NCBI GenBank assembly: GCA_963774955.1 | Contig: CAVZGV010000003.1 | Coordinates: 128,771 to 192,770, forward strand | DNA: 64,000 nucleotides | Direction: 5' to 3' | From: Candidatus Falkowbacteria bacterium | Lineage (GTDB): Bacteria > Patescibacteriota > Patescibacteriia > CAIXNZ01 | In this document: in pieces, positions 32,175 through 41,551 of the stretch | Layout: the number at the start of each line of letters is the position of its first letter | Position numbering within the stretch: position 1 is the first letter of the stretch | The notes under the pieces: generated by a model | Told to the model about the DNA's origin: nothing | Databases searched by the model: none | Seen by the model: the letters and a program-made list of their open reading frames with translations, nothing else | Made by a program: the position numbers and the translations under genes

Positions 32175-32213
32175 CCCTGTAGGCGACCCCGCGTCGCGGG
32201 GTCGCCTACAGGG
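32175..32213. repeat. GTAG REP-like perfect palindrome
   Basis: ccctgtaggcgaccccgcg-t-cgcggggtcgcctacaggg. Confidence 0.85.
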
Positions 32214-32224
32214 GGAACGAATGT

Positions 32225-33094
32225 ATGCAACTATCAATAATAATCGTTAATTGGAACGTCAAAGATCTGCTGCGCAAAAACTTACAGTCGATTTTTAAGT
32301 TGACTCAGGGTTTGGAGTTTGAAGTTATTGTGGTTGATAACGCCTCTAAAGACGGGTCAGTCGCTATGGTTATGTCAGAATTTCCCCGGGTAAATTTGAT
32401 TGCCTCCAATGAAAATTTAGGTTTTGCTAAAGGCAATAATCTGGCCTTGGAGCAGGTAACGGGGAAGTATGTTTTATTTATGAATCCGGATATGGAGTTA
32501 ACGGAAAATAGTTTTAAAGTTTTAATTGACTGGATGGAATTAAACTTGAAAATTGATTTAGGTACTTGCCAGCTCACTTATCCTGACGGTACCAGGCAAA
32601 ATAATATCAAAAATAACCCGAGACTGTGTGATCAGCTTTTAATTTTATTGAAACTGCATCATTTAATTCAACCCAAGTGTTTGAAAAAATATCTGGCCAA
32701 AGATTTTGATTATACTAAGGAACAAGAAGTAAAACAAATTATGGGCGCATTTACTTTGGTGAAAAATGAAGTTATCCGTGACTTGGGCGGCTGGGATGAG
32801 GATTATTTTTTATGGTGGGAGGATTTGGATTTGTGCACGCGAGCGCAGGCTAAGGGCTATCAGATTTGGTACACACCCCAAACCAAAGTGATTCATTATG
32901 AAGCCAAGAGTTTTGAACAGGAATTAAGTTTGATAAAGCAAAAAAGATTTAACAGGGGCATGGCTTTCTATTTCTTGAAGCACAATGGTTTAATAAGTTA
33001 TATAGTTGTAAAGTTGTTAAGTTTAATTAGTTTGGGGTTGGCCTGGGTTAGTCAGGTATTTAAAGTAAAGCCCAAACCGCAGTCGAAAATATAA
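32225..33094 (+). CDS. GT2-family glycosyltransferase (WbbL-like)
   Basis: SIIIVNWN, VVDNASKDGS, NLGFAKGNN, MNPD, DEDYFLWWEDLD. Confidence 0.9.
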   Translation: MQLSIIIVNWNVKDLLRKNLQSIFKLTQGLEFEVIVVDNASKDGSVAMVMSEFPRVNLIASNENLGFAKGNNLALEQVTGKYVLFMNPDMELTENSFKVLIDWMELNLKIDLGTCQLTYPDGTRQNNIKNNPRLCDQLLILLKLHHLIQPKCLKKYLAKDFDYTKEQEVKQIMGAFTLVKNEVIRDLGGWDEDYFLWWEDLDLCTRAQAKGYQIWYTPQTKVIHYEAKSFEQELSLIKQKRFNRGMAFYFLKHNGLISYIVVKLLSLISLGLAWVSQVFKVKPKPQSKI

Positions 33095-33513
33095 ATCTAC
33101 AGATTACAGATAAATACAGATATACAGATGGCTTTATCAATTCGTGGATTCGCATGATAATTCGCATAATAAAAAAAGCCCCGCGACTGCAGGGCGAGAA
33201 AAAGGAAGGCTTGGAGCGGATACTCGGCACAGGACTATGTTTCCTGGGGAGGTCATTTTTTGGGTCAATCAATTAATAAACCACCCATCGGTGGAAAATG
33301 ACATTCCAACCACTCCCTGTCCGAGAAGAGCCCGATACGATTTGTATCTTTCCCTTGGAAAACTTTGTGGCCACAATTTGCGGGCATTGTTTCCGAAAGC
33401 GCTCTTATTCTCCAAACCTGATTTGATGTTAACAAAAATAAGCAATATTGTCAAGAGCAGTAAAAAGTTAAAATAAAAAAGGCCCCACCGATACTGCTGG
33501 TGGGGCAAAAAAC

Positions 33514-33789
33514 TTACCCTATGATCACTCGGGTAAGTGTACCCTGGGATGCTCTATCCCTGGGGTGGTTCCATTTATTTTCAACCTGGATTTTCCAGGG
33601 AAAATTCGGCCGGGCTGAGATGATGGGTCAACTGGTATCTTCCATTCCCGCGTGCTCCTGCTCGCGGGCGAAGAATATCCAATCGAGGCGGCTGCCCTTT
33701 GGGAGTGTGCACCTTCCCAAAGCTTTTCCATTTCCCATCTGAGTGGACATGCCAAGGCAATAAGCCCAGACACCTTCCTCAATAATCGC
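33514..33789 (-). pseudogene. Decayed stand-alone ORF cassette
   Basis: TTGACA promoter and AAGGAGG SD, then GCG in place of a start codon; 92-codon frame with internal TGA at 33628-33630; terminator at 33475-33506. Confidence 0.4.
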
Positions 33790-33885
33790 TTACCTCCTTG
33801 ACGAGGATCAGCGCTCCCTCTTCTCAGCCAATTTGGAATGTTGATGAAAATGTATCATAAATTAATAAATTTGTCAATACAAATT

Positions 33886-35412
33886 ATGTTTAATATCGCA
33901 GTTAAATTACTAAAAAAGGACATATTCAGGCTTATTTTAGCCATTTTTGTTATTGAAATGCTTTCTTTAATCAGCTTTAAGCTAGCCTGGTTATCAGGCA
34001 TATTCCTGGTCTTGGTGGCAATTGGCGTGCTTTTATTCACTTTATATAAGCTGGAATATGGTCTATTGATAGCTTTGGCTGAACTGATGATCGGGTCACA
34101 GGGGTACTTGTTTTACCTGGATTTGCCGGGTTTCAGAGTTTCCATTCGTTTGGTAATATTTTTGATCGTCTTTTTTGTCTGGCTGGTAAAATATGTCCTT
34201 GTCCCTTGCGCCGGCAAAAAAGTGTGCCCCTTATGGTGGGGGCTTAATTTACATAAGAATAACAGACTGGTGCAAACTTTCGGATTATTATTACTTTTTA
34301 TTGCCTTTGGTTTTATAAACGGTATCTGGCATCAACATGGAATAAAAAATGTGTTCTTTGATTTTAACGGTTATTTGTATTTCGGCTTGTTCTTTGTTTT
34401 TCTGGAAGTTTTTAAATCCAAGCGTCAGGTTGATAATTGCCTTAAAGTTTTTTGGGCTGCTTTGACTTATATTTCCCTGGAAATATTTGCGCTTTTATAT
34501 ATATTTTCTCACGGCCTCCCTTATGTCACCGACTTCGTCTATACCTGGATTAGAGATACGCGGGTAGGGGAGATTACTTATGCCGGCGGTAATTTTTTTC
34601 GAATATTCTTTCAATCCCAGAGTTGGAGTTTGATCGCTGTTTTTGTTTTGGCCATGCTGATTTTAATGATAAAATTCCGAAGCAGTGAGTGGCCGGCTGC
34701 AGTCTGGAAATCCAAATGGCCGTCACTTTTTTGCCTGTTGGTTACGGTGGAAGCTTCCATTCTAATCTCTTTTTCCCGATCATTTTGGCTTGGAGGTCTG
34801 GTCGGACTTTTGGTCCTGGCCGTATATTTAATTTTTATTGCCAAGCTTGGCCTGAAAAAATTGATCCAGTCAGCCGGAATATTAGGGGCTTCGGGTATTT
34901 TAAGCGTAATTATAGTCCTGGTGATTGTTAATTTCCCCATACCGAAACCTTCAGGTTTATTTTCCGCTGATATGTTTAAAGATCGTTTGGCCATGATTTC
35001 CGGGGAAGCCGGAGTGTCCAGCCGTTGGAATTTACTGCCGGTTTTGATTAATAAAGTCAAAGAAGCACCTTTGCTAGGCAGTGGTTTTGGGACGACAGTG
35101 ACTTACAAAACTGAAGATCCGCGCATCAGGAACGCAGATAATCCCGACGGCAATTATACGACTTATACTTTTGAATGGGGTTATTTGGATACAGTGACCG
35201 AAGTCGGTATAATTGGCGCCTTGGTTTATTTGATATTGATAGGACAAATAATGTATTCAGGCTGGAAAATAAGAAAAAATTTTATCGTTGCCGGATTTTT
35301 AATAGGTTTAATAGTTCTAATGGTAACTCATGCTTTTAGTCCGTATTTAAATCACCCATTGGGCATCAGCTATATTATGCTGTGCGCGGCCATTTTTAAG
35401 GTTGATCTTTGA
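33886..35412 (+). CDS. O-antigen ligase/Wzy-like polymerase
   Basis: Multi-TM; SFSRSFWLG, R-W...PLLGSGFG, E.GIIG; within a glycan locus. Confidence 0.82.
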   Translation: MFNIAVKLLKKDIFRLILAIFVIEMLSLISFKLAWLSGIFLVLVAIGVLLFTLYKLEYGLLIALAELMIGSQGYLFYLDLPGFRVSIRLVIFLIVFFVWLVKYVLVPCAGKKVCPLWWGLNLHKNNRLVQTFGLLLLFIAFGFINGIWHQHGIKNVFFDFNGYLYFGLFFVFLEVFKSKRQVDNCLKVFWAALTYISLEIFALLYIFSHGLPYVTDFVYTWIRDTRVGEITYAGGNFFRIFFQSQSWSLIAVFVLAMLILMIKFRSSEWPAAVWKSKWPSLFCLLVTVEASILISFSRSFWLGGLVGLLVLAVYLIFIAKLGLKKLIQSAGILGASGILSVIIVLVIVNFPIPKPSGLFSADMFKDRLAMISGEAGVSSRWNLLPVLINKVKEAPLLGSGFGTTVTYKTEDPRIRNADNPDGNYTTYTFEWGYLDTVTEVGIIGALVYLILIGQIMYSGWKIRKNFIVAGFLIGLIVLMVTHAFSPYLNHPLGISYIMLCAAIFKVDL

Positions 35413-35509
35413 GCCACTCTATGGTAAGTTTAAGCTGTTAATTAAGCTACAAATATACAAATTATTACAAATTTGTATTCATTTGTATTTATTTGTATAT
35501 TTGTAACCT

Positions 35510-37312
35510 ATGTTAAATAGTCAAACCGATGAAATAAAATCAAAGGTGGATATTGTAGATATAATATCCGAATACGTCCAGCTCAAGCAGGCCGGAGCCA
35601 ACTGGAAGGCTCCGTGTCCTTTTCATAATGAAAAAACTCCTTCTTTTATGGTTTCCCGAGATAAGCAGATTTTTCATTGTTTCGGCTGTGGGGAAGGCGG
35701 TGATATCTTTACCTTTGTCCAAAAAATTGAAAATGTTGATTTCCCGGAAGCGCTCAATATGCTGGCGCAAAAAGCCGGGGTGAAATTGACCAAGGTTGAT
35801 CCGGCCACAGTTTCCCAAAAGACCAAGTTGATGGATATTTGCCGTTTATCCGCGGAATTTTTTCATAAGGCTCTTTTAAATTCCAAAGAAGGCCAGCTTG
35901 CCCGTAATTATATTACTAAGCGACAGTTAAAGCCTGAAATTGTTGAGGAATTCAAAATTGGTTATGCGCCTGATTCCTGGGATTTGCTTTTAAATTTATT
36001 ACGTAAAAAAGGCTATAAAGATAATGATATTTTATTAGCCGGCATGGTGGTGAAAAATGACCGTGGCCAGCTTTATGACCGTTTCAGGCAACGGCTGATG
36101 TTTCCGATTTTTGATCACAACAGCAATATCGTCGGGTTTACCGGCCGAATTTTGGATGAAAGCAAGGCCAATCAGGGCGGTAAATACGTGAATACTCCGC
36201 AGACTTTGATTTATAATAAAAGCCTGCTGGCTTATGGCTTGGATAAAGCCAAATCAGAAATCAAAAAACAGGATTTAGTCGTAGTCGTCGAAGGCAATAT
36301 GGATGTGGTGGCTTCGCATCAGGCTGGTGTTAAAAACGTGATTGCCTCTTCCGGTACGGCTTTGACACTGGAACAATTGAAAATTTTACAGAGATATACC
36401 AATAATATCGCTTTATCTTTTGACGCTGATCTGGCCGGACAGGTGGCGGCTGAACGTGGTATTGATACAGCTTTATCTTTGGGCATGAATATTAAAGTTA
36501 TTACTTTGCCCAAGGAGATTAAAGGCAAGGTGATCAAAGATCCTGACGATTGTCTTAAAGAAGGGGTGGAATACTGGCAGCAGTCTATTAGCCAGGCCAA
36601 AACTATAATGCAATTTTATTTTGATAAAGTTTTTGTGCAATTTGATAATAATAATCCGCAGGCCAAAAAGGAAATAGCCGCCAAGCTGTTAAAACAGCTG
36701 GCTAAATTAACCGACAAAGTGGAACAAAATCACTGGCTGGGTAATTTAGCGGAAAGGCTGGATGTGCCGCTGACAATTTTGCGGGAAACTTTTAATAATT
36801 ATTTGGATAAAGCCACCGTCCCTCAGCAGCAAATAAAAATTGAGCCTTCAATCCGTAAAAATAGGGAGGAACTTCTGGCCGATCAGCTTTTGGCTTTAGC
36901 CCTGAAATATCCGGAAAACCTGCCTTATATTATCGATCATACTGAAAAAGAAATTATAACCGAGCCTAAGATGGCGAGGGTTTACACCGAGCTTGTTTTA
37001 TACTATAATAAAAGCAATAAGTTTGTTTATTCTGAATTTGAAAAAATATTATCAGAACAAGACAAAGAACTCAGTAATCTACCGGCGACCTTAATGCTTT
37101 TAGCGGACAAGGATTTTTTTGATTTTACTGAGGACAAGATTAAGAGTGAAATAATGAATATAGTAAAAGAATTAAAAAAGAGTCTGCTCAGCCATAAGCT
37201 AAAACAAGTCCAGAAACTCCTAAGCGAGGCGGAAAAAAATAAAGATCAGAAGCAACTGGAGGAATTGGCCAGAGATTTTTCCGCTTTATCCGAACAATTA
37301 CAAATATTATAA
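35510..37312 (+). CDS. dnaG: DNA primase
   Basis: CPFHNEKTPSF..CFGC zinc finger, DRFRQRLMFPI, KYVNTP, VEGNMD, FDADLAG, KDPDD. Confidence 0.97.
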   Translation: MLNSQTDEIKSKVDIVDIISEYVQLKQAGANWKAPCPFHNEKTPSFMVSRDKQIFHCFGCGEGGDIFTFVQKIENVDFPEALNMLAQKAGVKLTKVDPATVSQKTKLMDICRLSAEFFHKALLNSKEGQLARNYITKRQLKPEIVEEFKIGYAPDSWDLLLNLLRKKGYKDNDILLAGMVVKNDRGQLYDRFRQRLMFPIFDHNSNIVGFTGRILDESKANQGGKYVNTPQTLIYNKSLLAYGLDKAKSEIKKQDLVVVVEGNMDVVASHQAGVKNVIASSGTALTLEQLKILQRYTNNIALSFDADLAGQVAAERGIDTALSLGMNIKVITLPKEIKGKVIKDPDDCLKEGVEYWQQSISQAKTIMQFYFDKVFVQFDNNNPQAKKEIAAKLLKQLAKLTDKVEQNHWLGNLAERLDVPLTILRETFNNYLDKATVPQQQIKIEPSIRKNREELLADQLLALALKYPENLPYIIDHTEKEIITEPKMARVYTELVLYYNKSNKFVYSEFEKILSEQDKELSNLPATLMLLADKDFFDFTEDKIKSEIMNIVKELKKSLLSHKLKQVQKLLSEAEKNKDQKQLEELARDFSALSEQLQIL

Positions 37313-37393
37313 TTAAAAGATATACGATATATAGTTTGGGATTTAAGCTCAGCTTCTATCTTAAAACTTATATCTTCAAGCCACTCAAATAAT

Positions 37394-38626
37394 ATGTCTA
37401 AGAAAATATCCGTGAAAAAAGGAAAAACAAAAGCTAAAGTTTTCAAAAAGCCAAAAAAGTTTAACCCTAAGAAAAAGAGGCTGGCGCATAAGCCGAAAAA
37501 ATCAAGTTCAGCCCTCCGGTCTAAAAAAAGTGAGGTAGTCAGACCGACGGAGGAACAACTGCAGCATCTTTTGGATAAAGGGCGCGGCCGTGGCTTTTTA
37601 ACTGAGCAGGAAATCCTTCATGTTTTTCCGGAAGTAGAAGAATACCTTGATATCTTTGAAAATTTTTTACAACAGCTGGAAGATCAGGCGGTTCAGATCG
37701 TGGCTTTAAAAGGCGGCATGCTGAGCACGTCAAAAGAAAAGGAAGAAATGATGGAGAAAGCCGGGATGGCCAAGGATAAAAAGAAATTTGACATATCTGA
37801 AATATCCGAGGATTCCATCCAGATGTATTTAAGGGAAATCGGCAAGGTCCCGCTTTTATCATCAGAAGAAGAAATGACTTTGGCGCGGCGCAAGGATAAA
37901 GGCGATAAAGAAGCCTTTAAAAAAATAATTCAGGCCAATTTGCGTCTGGTGGTTTCGATTGCCAAAAAATTTGTAGGTAAAAGCATGTCTCTTTTGGATT
38001 TAATTCAGGAAGGTAATATCGGCTTATTTAAAGCCGTGGAAAAGTTTGATCCCAAAAAAGGTTATAAGTTTTCCACTTATGCCACCTGGTGGATCAGGCA
38101 GGCGATTACGCGTTCATTGGCTGACCAGTCAAGAACTATTCGTATTCCGGTTCATATGGTGGAAACAATTAATAAATTCCAGCAGGTTCAGCGCCGCTTG
38201 ATTCAGGATTTGGGTCGCGAGCCTTTGCCTGAGGAAATTGCCGCGGAAATGGGCGAGGATATTGATAAAGTTCGTCACATTATTAATATTTCCCAGGAAA
38301 CCATATCTTTGGAAACTTCAGTCGGTGAAGACGAAGAAGATTCTACTTTGGAAGATTTTATTGAAGACGTGAAAAATATGACACCTGACCGCGCTGCGGC
38401 CCTGGAACTTTTACGTGATTATGTCAGGGGAATTATCAGTGAATTGTCTCCCCGTGAACAAAAGATCTTGGAAATGCGCTTTGGTCTAACAGACGGTGTG
38501 GCTCATACCTTGGAAGAAGTCGGTCAGGAATTTGACGTTACCCGCGAACGTATCAGACAGATTGAAGCCAAAGCCTTGGAAAGGATTAAACAGCACGCCG
38601 GCATTGAAAAATTAAGGGATTTTTAA
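37394..38626 (+). CDS. rpoD: Primary sigma factor (sigma70)
   Basis: [51 protein letters not shown]. Confidence 0.97.
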   Translation: MSKKISVKKGKTKAKVFKKPKKFNPKKKRLAHKPKKSSSALRSKKSEVVRPTEEQLQHLLDKGRGRGFLTEQEILHVFPEVEEYLDIFENFLQQLEDQAVQIVALKGGMLSTSKEKEEMMEKAGMAKDKKKFDISEISEDSIQMYLREIGKVPLLSSEEEMTLARRKDKGDKEAFKKIIQANLRLVVSIAKKFVGKSMSLLDLIQEGNIGLFKAVEKFDPKKGYKFSTYATWWIRQAITRSLADQSRTIRIPVHMVETINKFQQVQRRLIQDLGREPLPEEIAAEMGEDIDKVRHIINISQETISLETSVGEDEEDSTLEDFIEDVKNMTPDRAAALELLRDYVRGIISELSPREQKILEMRFGLTDGVAHTLEEVGQEFDVTRERIRQIEAKALERIKQHAGIEKLRDF

Positions 38627-38630
38627 AATA

Positions 38631-38664
38631 AATACCCAGCCTTTCGCGAAAGGCTGGGTGTTTT
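38631..38664. terminator. Bidirectional terminator
   Basis: aatacccagcctttc-gc-gaaaggctgggtgtt between convergent genes. Confidence 0.8.
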
Positions 38665-38676
38665 GTTGTTTGATAA

Positions 38677-39099
38677 TTACGGCGTGATAATAGTGCCGCT
38701 TGGAGGAGTCTCCGGAATTTGCACCTGTGATTCAGCCTCACGAATTCGTTCCAGAATATCAGCATGTTCCAGCAGCCACGCTTCCATAGAAGCATTGTTG
38801 TTGGCAATGAAGACTTCTTCAGCGATTTTGGGGTGGATATAGGGCAGGGGTTTGGGGCTGAGGTGCCCATCCTCCTGCAAAATGCCGACTGCATGGGCAA
38901 ATTCTTTGACGGCAAAGAAGTTCATCATGCCTCTGCAGCATTTGAATTCAGCCTCAATCATACAGGCTTCATAGAGGATCTGCTGAGACAGGCCTCCCTT
39001 TTCAATCTCTTCCTTGATTTTTTTGATGAAGATCTGGCAAGCCTCGGCCAACGTTTTGGCGTCAGCCACTCTGTCCATCGCAATGATCACTCGATACAT
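38677..39099 (-). CDS. Hypothetical protein
   Basis: AAGGAGG SD before ATG at 39099 (MYRVIIAMDR...). Confidence 0.65.
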   Translation of the reverse strand: MYRVIIAMDRVADAKTLAEACQIFIKKIKEEIEKGGLSQQILYEACMIEAEFKCCRGMMNFFAVKEFAHAVGILQEDGHLSPKPLPYIHPKIAEEVFIANNNASMEAWLLEHADILERIREAESQVQIPETPPSGTIITP

Positions 39100-39208
39100 T
39101 GTCTCCTCCTTTTTGTTTCGGACGTTCCTAATACATATTAAATTATGAATAGGATTTAAGCTGATAAATAAAAAAGCGGGCTTTCCCTGATGGGATTGCC
39201 CGCTTAAG

Positions 39209-40957
39209 TTATTTTGAGAGATGTAGCAGCAGTTTTTCAAGGTAGGCATGCAAACCGCTGTTCCAAATATTATCATCAATGGCCCAATCGCCGTTGGCAA
39301 TCACGACTTTTAAACTGGTTATGAATCCAGTAAGGCCGCATTCAGCGACGATTGTCTCATCCAATCGGAGAGGATCAAACCCGAGAGGATTATCATCTGG
39401 CGCCAGAGCATAATGAACGTTGTAGAAATGTGAGGCTTTTTCAGCCTCGAAATTTTCAAGCTCTAGCGCACTTGACCTCAGGATATTTGACCATTCACGT
39501 ATCTGAAAGAGTGAATAGTCGTTTGGCTTGGCTTCCTTGGACACATAGACATAACCTTCATTTTTGACCGCATCAATCATAACTTCGACCGCAGTCTCCC
39601 AGATGGTTATGACATTATTGGTGTAACCGGCCATGGCTCCTGGTAGGGAGAATAAGGGGGTAGGATCAAATTCTCCGCCCAGGAAAAGAATTTTACTTCT
39701 TTTACAAAGCTGGGCAAAATGGGTAGCACCTGTGCCAATAGAATGATCAGCTTGACTCATGCCTGCTTGGGCAAGCATTAAGTGCTGTTCTGGAGTGTAG
39801 GTTATCTGCTTTTCAATAACAGCTGCAGCCTGGCTGAAATGCCGAAAAGCAAGTCGATGGCCCCGGTGATTGATATCCGCAAGTTGCGATAAAGCATCCT
39901 GGGGTACAATCAAAAGGTGGTCCTTTAGTGATTCGTTCAGATGTCCTAAGGCTAGGGAGATTTCTGGTGACCATTCATGAACATAGACAATACCTTTACA
40001 GGTTGCTTGCCCTGAATGGAGCACATCATTTGATTTTAGGAGCAGGAAATAGCCGCTGCTATCAAAAGATACGTTGCCGGGAAGTTGATCTTCATAGTCT
40101 GCGCATTGGACAATGAATATTTTATCTCCGTTAATCGACCACTCCAGATAAAAACCACCTTGTTTTTGGAGTTTGGCCAATTTGTCGAAAAGACTGTTGA
40201 AGGCTGTAAACCCGCGGGCAAGCTCAACGTGGATTTCTGAATATTGAGTATGTATTTGCTTAATCTTGCCCTCTAAGGAAATCGCATCTGCAAACTCCTG
40301 ATCCCACATTTCCCTTTGAAAATGCTGAAAATTTTCTGTAGGGAAATTGTAGATGATGCCGCTGCCAGTGACCGCTTGGGTCCCGAGGCCGATTACCGCC
40401 CGAACTGTTGCCAGACCGTTGTATGATGTGTAAGCAACTCCGGACAATGCCGGCAGGTAATGGTTTTCAAAATTGAAACCAATGACCGGTTGAATCAGGA
40501 TGGCCATGCCGATCGGTGAATTATTTTTGACTCGCCAAAGTTTGGCGTCATTGGTGAATTCGCTGGCGTAGACTGAAAGCTCGCAACTCCATAGGTTTTG
40601 CAGGTCCTGATGCCTGTTTCCGGTCGGCAGGAAAAATTCCGTTTTGTATATGCCAATGCCGCCGCATTCGGACAGGGCTGAAGAACGAACCGCATAAGGT
40701 GTGCCGATCTCCAACTTATCCAGAATTTTTTCATTAAGGGACAAAAGAAAATCAGGGCAATTATTCTTTTCGATTTGTTCCGTCGGTTCTTCAAAGTTTA
40801 ATTGCTCGGTCAACTGGTCGAAAATTCCAGTGGCAATTACGATTCCTTCGGGAATTGACAGCCCTATTTTCGTCAGGAGTTTTGCATGCTGATTTAAATC
40901 ATCAGCTTTTAGTCCAAGCTTGCCGGTGCCGAAGACTTCAAAAAGTCCTTGCTTCAT
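39209..40957 (-). CDS. PEP/pyruvate-binding (PPDK N-terminal ATP-grasp) domain protein
   Basis: AVRSSA, GIYKT, VYAS, MAILIQ, SGVAYT, GLG, LEWS, IVQ; AAGGAGG SD. Confidence 0.85.
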   Translation of the reverse strand: MKQGLFEVFGTGKLGLKADDLNQHAKLLTKIGLSIPEGIVIATGIFDQLTEQLNFEEPTEQIEKNNCPDFLLSLNEKILDKLEIGTPYAVRSSALSECGGIGIYKTEFFLPTGNRHQDLQNLWSCELSVYASEFTNDAKLWRVKNNSPIGMAILIQPVIGFNFENHYLPALSGVAYTSYNGLATVRAVIGLGTQAVTGSGIIYNFPTENFQHFQREMWDQEFADAISLEGKIKQIHTQYSEIHVELARGFTAFNSLFDKLAKLQKQGGFYLEWSINGDKIFIVQCADYEDQLPGNVSFDSSGYFLLLKSNDVLHSGQATCKGIVYVHEWSPEISLALGHLNESLKDHLLIVPQDALSQLADINHRGHRLAFRHFSQAAAVIEKQITYTPEQHLMLAQAGMSQADHSIGTGATHFAQLCKRSKILFLGGEFDPTPLFSLPGAMAGYTNNVITIWETAVEVMIDAVKNEGYVYVSKEAKPNDYSLFQIREWSNILRSSALELENFEAEKASHFYNVHYALAPDDNPLGFDPLRLDETIVAECGLTGFITSLKVVIANGDWAIDDNIWNSGLHAYLEKLLLHLSK

Positions 40958-41114
40958 TGTGATTCCTCCTTCCGTTTCTGCGTTTTTAAATGAACATTAT
41001 GTTTTCAAAAACTTACCAAAAAGTACATAAAAAGTCAATTGTTTCCTCAATTTGTCGAGATACTAAAAAACCTTACTAAGCCTGAGCAAAGTAAGGTTTG
41101 CATTCCGATAATTA

Positions 41115-41270
41115 TTAGCCGCCGCAACCGGCACAATAATCAGACGTGTGCGCAGCCGGGTTGCACGGACTGATGCCGTCGAGACAAAACACTCTGGTTT
41201 TGGGTTTTCGTGCTGTTTGAGAAAGCTTTTCCTTTTTACGTTTCTCCCTAGATTTTTTGACTTTGTCCAT
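41115..41270 (-). CDS. 51-aa basic, Cys-rich microprotein (absent from the ORF track)
   Basis: AAGGAGG SD; MDKVKKSREKRKKEKLSQTARKPKTRVFCLDGISPCNPAAHTSDYCAGCGG; hairpin at ~41068-41099. Confidence 0.6.
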   Translation of the reverse strand: MDKVKKSREKRKKEKLSQTARKPKTRVFCLDGISPCNPAAHTSDYCAGCGG

Positions 41271-41334
41271 GATCTTATCCTCCTTATTGATCGTGTTCTT
41301 GCCTACTAATAAGTAACATGGTTTTGTATTGTTG

Positions 41335-41406
41335 CTCCGGGGGTGGGATTCGAACCCACGACCAATTGATTAACAGTCAACTGCGCTACCGCTGCGCTAC
41401 CCCGGA
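41335..41406 (-). tRNA. tRNA-Asn (GTT)
   Basis: TCCGGGG acceptor, anticodon arm GTTGA-CTGTTAA-TCAAT, T arm GTGGG-TTCGAAT-CCCAC. Confidence 0.95.
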
Positions 41407-41551
41407 AGATTTAATAACCAATCATAACATGAATGATAAATAAAAAAACCGATTGGTTTTCAGTTTCTAAGGAAATAATATCATAAAATAAAAGGGCAGT
41501 CAATAACAGCAGAATCTTATAATATTTACGAAATTTTATAATCCAGGTGGC

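Noticed and set aside
33628-33630. TGA recoding (genetic code 25)
   Set aside because: TGA terminates intact genes (e.g. 18894, 35412, 49134), and long core ORFs translate fully with code 11
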